Assembly: GCA_947470025.1 (NCBI GenBank)
Contig: CANIRU010000002.1
Coordinates: 250 to 64,249, forward strand
DNA length: 64,000 nt
Reading direction: 5' to 3'
Origin: Chloroflexota bacterium
GTDB lineage: Bacteria; Chloroflexota; Dehalococcoidia; UBA2979
The notes under the pieces are model-generated. The model worked only from the letters and a program-made list of their open reading frames with translations. It was not told the origin of the DNA and made no database searches. A program made the position numbers and the translations under genes. Below, one piece after another: positions 60,938-64,000 of this stretch; position 1 is the stretch's first letter; each line of letters opens with the position of its first letter.

Positions 60938-61081
60938 GCGCGATCTCCTCAACGGCGTGCAGACGCGGAGGCACACGCCCCTGCACCGTGATCATCGACC
61001 GCCCGCGCGCGATCTTGACCGCCTCGCCCGGCCGCGCGAAGGTGCGCGACGACGATGCACCGAAGATGGGAGTTGAGGCGC

Positions 61082-61504
61082 ATGTACCTGGACCAGACCG
61101 TCGACATCGCGGCTCCGGTGGAGCGGGTGTGGGACGTGACGATCGACATCCCACAGTGGCCGACGTGGAACCCGACGGTCGACGGCGTCGACGTGCTCAC
61201 GCCACGCCCGATGGGGGTCGGCTGGAGCGCGCGGCTGAAGCAGCCGGGCAACGCGCCGGGGACGTGGACCGTCACGCGCTTCGAGGGGCCGAACATTTAC
61301 CAGTGGGAGACGAACCCGCTCGGCATGCACGTGGTCGCGTTGCACCGCCTCGAGGCCACGAGCACCGGCACGCACGTCACGCTGTCGATCGACGTGTCGG
61401 GGCTGACGGCGCCGCTGCTCGGGGGGATCGTCGCGCGTGTCTCACGGAAGTTTCTGCCGATGGAGGCCGCCGCACTGAAGGCGGAGTGCGAGCGCAGCGA
61501 TTGA
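61082..61504 (+). CDS. SRPBCC (polyketide cyclase/dehydrase-like) family protein
   Basis: 140 aa. VDIAAPVERVWDVTIDIPQWPTWNPTV is a typical SRPBCC N-terminus. Confidence 0.75.
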   Translation: MYLDQTVDIAAPVERVWDVTIDIPQWPTWNPTVDGVDVLTPRPMGVGWSARLKQPGNAPGTWTVTRFEGPNIYQWETNPLGMHVVALHRLEATSTGTHVTLSIDVSGLTAPLLGGIVARVSRKFLPMEAAALKAECERSD

Positions 61505-61586
61505 ATCGCGGAACAGCCGCGCCTCACCCGATCCACGGGTATCCTCGGCAGTACGTGACTGGACTGCCCGACTGAAGGAGCCCCCT

Positions 61587-62597
61587 GTGACCGTGCTGCT
61601 GGCATCGCGAGCGTTCTTCGAGCGGTACGACGCGGACATCACACGCATCAGCGCGATCGCAGGCCCGCGCGGCCTGATCGAGCGCGTCGAGGTGCCGGAG
61701 GAGGCCGACGGCCGTCTCGCCCCGGAGCACATGGAGCGCATCACCGTCGCGTTCTCCTCGGGCGACCTCGGCGACCGGCCGGAGCTGGGGATGCGCCGCA
61801 AGCTCTACGGGGCCGCGCGGCGCGCGCCCAACCTCGAGTGGCTGCACGTGTCGAACGTCGGCACGGACGACCCGATCTACGCCGAGCTGATGGCGAAGGG
61901 GATCGCGGTGTCGAACTCGCCCGGCTCCAACGGCGAGCCGATCGCCGTCACCACCGTCGCCGCGCTGCTGTCGATGGCGCGCGGCCTGCCGTTCTACGCC
62001 GAGGGCCAGCGTGCGAAGGAGTGGCGCGGAGTGCCTCGGACGGCGCTCCCGGACGACATCCGCGGGCAGACCGTGACGATCGTCGGCCTCGGGACGATCG
62101 GCGGCTACATCGCCACGTTCCTGCGCCCGTTCGGCATGCACATCATCGGCGTGCGCCGCACGCCTGCCGGGGCCGCCGAGGGCGTCGACGAGTGGGTGTC
62201 ACCCGACCGTCTCGCCGAGGTGCTGCCGCGCACGCAGTGGCTCGTCCTCGCGGCGCCGCTCACCGACCAGACACGGGGGCTCATCGACGCGGCAGCGATC
62301 GCCGCGCTGCCGCAGGGCGCGCACATCCTCAATGTCGGCCGCGGCCCCGTGGTCGACGAAGACGCGCTGATCGAGGCGCTCCGCTCCGGCCACCTCGCCG
62401 GCGCGTACCTCGACGTCTTCAACGTGGAGCCGCTGCCGTCCGACTCGCCGATCTGGGACCTGCCGAACGTGATCATCACGCCGCACGAGTCCAACGCCTC
62501 GACCGGCAACACCCCCCGCGCCGACGCGATCTTCCTCGAAGAGCTGGAGCGCTGGCAGCGCGGCGACCAGCCGTCGAGGCTCGTTCGCCCGGAGTAG
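61587..62597 (+). CDS. D-isomer-specific 2-hydroxyacid dehydrogenase family protein
   Basis: GIVGLGTIGGYIA NAD motif, NVGRGPVVDEDAL, and GAYLDVF..EPL......NVIITPHES. GTG 61587 follows GAAGGAG. Confidence 0.8.
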   Translation: MTVLLASRAFFERYDADITRISAIAGPRGLIERVEVPEEADGRLAPEHMERITVAFSSGDLGDRPELGMRRKLYGAARRAPNLEWLHVSNVGTDDPIYAELMAKGIAVSNSPGSNGEPIAVTTVAALLSMARGLPFYAEGQRAKEWRGVPRTALPDDIRGQTVTIVGLGTIGGYIATFLRPFGMHIIGVRRTPAGAAEGVDEWVSPDRLAEVLPRTQWLVLAAPLTDQTRGLIDAAAIAALPQGAHILNVGRGPVVDEDALIEALRSGHLAGAYLDVFNVEPLPSDSPIWDLPNVIITPHESNASTGNTPRADAIFLEELERWQRGDQPSRLVRPE

Positions 62598-62652
62598 GGG
62601 AATGCGGGACCGGACGAGCGTCCTCGGCGACAAGTGACGTCGAGGTGGCAGC

Positions 62653-62915
62653 GTGGGCGGCCCACCCCTACCCCTCCCGGCGCGGGAGGGGTTCAGAAGA
62701 AGAGAACCAAGTGTGAGGAGCTGCGCCCCTCACGCTCCCGGCGGAGCTCGCTGTGGCCACGCCGCGTTGGTGCGAGTGATTCGCGCCCCAGCTCAGAACA
62801 GTTCAGCCGAAGTGCGAAGCACCTTCGATCAACATCGGGAGCGCGAGGGCGACAGCCCTCGCATTTCATCCCCCTTCCCGCGCAGGGAAGGGGGCAGGGG
62901 GATGGGCCGCCCCGC
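62653..62915 (+). repeat. MITE-like composite palindromic element, copy C (most complete)
   Basis: The 5' module at about 62653-62750, a core of about 100 nt, and the 3' module at about 62845-62915. The terminal inverted repeats are GGGCGGCCCACCCCTACCCCTCCCGGCGCGGGAGGGG and, at the other end, its approximate reverse complement. It lies between convergent genes. Confidence 0.8.
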
Positions 62916-62935
62916 TCCGCCCCCGACGGGCCTCG

Positions 62936-63508
62936 CTAGTTCTTGCGCGGGTCGGCGGGGTAGTTCGCGTACAGCGCAAGGTCGGCGTGGCGTCCGCGCT
63001 GGCGGCGCAGGACGTCGGCCCAGAGGGTCCGGGGCTGCGCACTGAAGACATCGCTCGTCCGCGCGTCGACGACGAACCACGCCTCCTGCGCGACCTCGGC
63101 CTCCAGTTGCGACGGGCCCCAGCCCGCACCGCCGAGGAACAGCCGCGCCTCCTCGATCACGTCGTCGCGCTCCACGAGGTTGCGCGGGGCGTAGCGCAGA
63201 TCGATCAGGCCGACCTCGGACGTGACGCGCGTCCACCAGCCCGCGTTGACCATCGAGCGGTCGCGGCCGAGGCCCATCACGATGTGGCGCTGCACGGGGC
63301 CGCCCTCGAAGAACACGGTCGGATCGCCGACGCGCGCGCTCCACTCCGGGAGGTGCAGCGTCACCGGTTCACCGAGCGGGCGGTTGAGCACCAGCCCGTA
63401 CGCGCCGTCCTCGTTGTGCGAGCAGACGAGGATCACCGACCGCGCGAAGTTCGGATCCTCGAGCAGCGGCGTGGCGACGAGCAGGCGGCCAGCGAACGAG
63501 CCGATCAT
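62936..63508 (-). CDS. YqgE/AlgH family protein (UPF0301)
   Basis: 190 aa. GRLLVATPLLEDPNFARSVILVCSHNEDGAYGLVLNRP and FLGGAGWGPSQLE are the family signature. Confidence 0.8.
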   Translation of the reverse strand: MIGSFAGRLLVATPLLEDPNFARSVILVCSHNEDGAYGLVLNRPLGEPVTLHLPEWSARVGDPTVFFEGGPVQRHIVMGLGRDRSMVNAGWWTRVTSEVGLIDLRYAPRNLVERDDVIEEARLFLGGAGWGPSQLEAEVAQEAWFVVDARTSDVFSAQPRTLWADVLRRQRGRHADLALYANYPADPRKN

Positions 63509-63532
63509 CGGTGAGTGCGAGCGACGAGGCCG

Positions 63533-64000
63533 CTAGAAGGTGATGACGCCGCGGCCGTTCTCGCCGCGCTCGAGCGCCTCGAAGCCCTCGTTGATCTGGT
63601 CGAGCGGGTAGCGTCGCTGGACGAGCTCATCGCCGAGCAGCTCGCCGCGCAGGTACAGGTCGACGACGGTGCGGAACGTCTCGTGCGGGCTCGCACTGCC
63701 GTAGTACGCGCCCATGATTCGCTTCTGCTTGCGCACGAGGTCGACGAGGTCGATCGGCGCGCGGTCACCCAGCGGCGCCAGCCCGGCGACGACCGCGAGG
63801 CCGTTCTTGCCCAGGCAGTCCACGGCCTGCTGCGTCGTCTCGATACCGCCGAAGGTGTCGAACGCGAACTCCACGCCGCCGCCGGTGAGGTCGCGGATCT
63901 GCTCGACGGGGTCGCCCGCCGAGGCGTCTACGCGGTCGGTCGCGCCGAAGCGCGTCGCGAACTCGAGCTTCGACTCCGAAATGTCGACGGCGATGATGCG
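63533..64000 (-). CDS. Zinc-type alcohol dehydrogenase family protein, C-terminal part (5' end outside the window)
   Basis: The frame is open from 64000 down to the stop at 63533. It reads RIIAVDISESKLEFATRFGATDRVDA...LTGGGVEFAFDTFGG...GRGVITF, which is a typical MDR/ADH cofactor-domain C-terminus. The ORF track only lists it from an internal GTG at 63874. Confidence 0.7.
   Translation of the reverse strand, partial: RIIAVDISESKLEFATRFGATDRVDASAGDPVEQIRDLTGGGVEFAFDTFGGIETTQQAVDCLGKNGLAVVAGLAPLGDRAPIDLVDLVRKQKRIMGAYYGSASPHETFRTVVDLYLRGELLGDELVQRRYPLDQINEGFEALERGENGRGVITF

Noticed and set aside
62634-62939. Short ORFs translated from the repeat elements, with peptides such as PLPLPAREGFRRREPSVRSCAPHAPGG, LSPNGERGPE and HPNPLPERGEGA (also 3451-3762, 58640-58975, 1301-1486).
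   Set aside because: The same DNA is found in both orientations and in different frames at different loci, always intergenic. The apparent peptides are by-products of G/C hairpins and are not conserved reading frames.
1-64000. A genomic island, prophage or defence-system interpretation of the window.
   Set aside because: No integrase, transposase, phage structural or replication gene, restriction-modification, toxin-antitoxin, nuclease, helicase or NTPase defence hallmark was seen, and no flanking tRNA. Base composition looks uniform apart from short AT-richer promoter patches.

Overview
The window is high-GC (about 70% by eye), bacterial and chromosomal, with about 60 densely packed CDS. 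I saw no rRNA, functional tRNA, CRISPR array, transposase, integrase, phage gene or known defence hallmark. All functional calls come from motif and family recognition by eye, because no database search was possible.

Coding content is dominated by paralogous accessory-metabolism families:
- Four family-III (CaiB/BaiF) CoA-transferases, arranged as two copies of the same two-gene cassette about 38 kb apart.
- Three LLM/F420-type oxidoreductases and three MBL-fold hydrolases.
- Six MFS transporters, three of them consecutive.
- Two CMD/AhpD-like proteins, two SRPBCC proteins and two D-2-hydroxyacid dehydrogenases.
- Two tandem orphan ABC substrate-binding lipoproteins.

There is also an envelope and proteolysis group: a matrixin-like metalloprotease, a MarP-like serine protease, a secreted protein with six IPT/TIG domains, a sortase, two beta-propeller-like lipoproteins and a D-Ala-D-Ala carboxypeptidase. 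Other genes include a lutC plus lutB-lutA fusion, an isolated Anbu proteasome-type protease, a PAC2 protein, panD-bioY, an orphan PAS histidine kinase, a stand-alone HDOD protein and a cluster of small stress-type proteins. The gene set suggests an Actinomycetota/Chloroflexota-like lineage, which cannot be proven here.

The most unusual signals are:
1. A MITE-like noncoding element of 180-265 bp with long terminal inverted repeats and nested hairpins, present three times.
2. A 36-nt REP-like hairpin family with four or five copies, two of which bracket a 2-kb two-gene unit in inverted orientation.
3. A roughly 65-aa C-terminal module shared by the matrixin-like protease and the IPT/TIG protein.
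4. A 63-aa protein that matches the eukaryote-type C2H2 zinc-finger consensus.
5. A small hydrophilic ORF interrupted by an in-frame TAG, sitting behind a 360-nt structured leader.
6. A truncated GT2 gene remnant.

No complete, clearly novel multi-gene system could be demonstrated from sequence alone.
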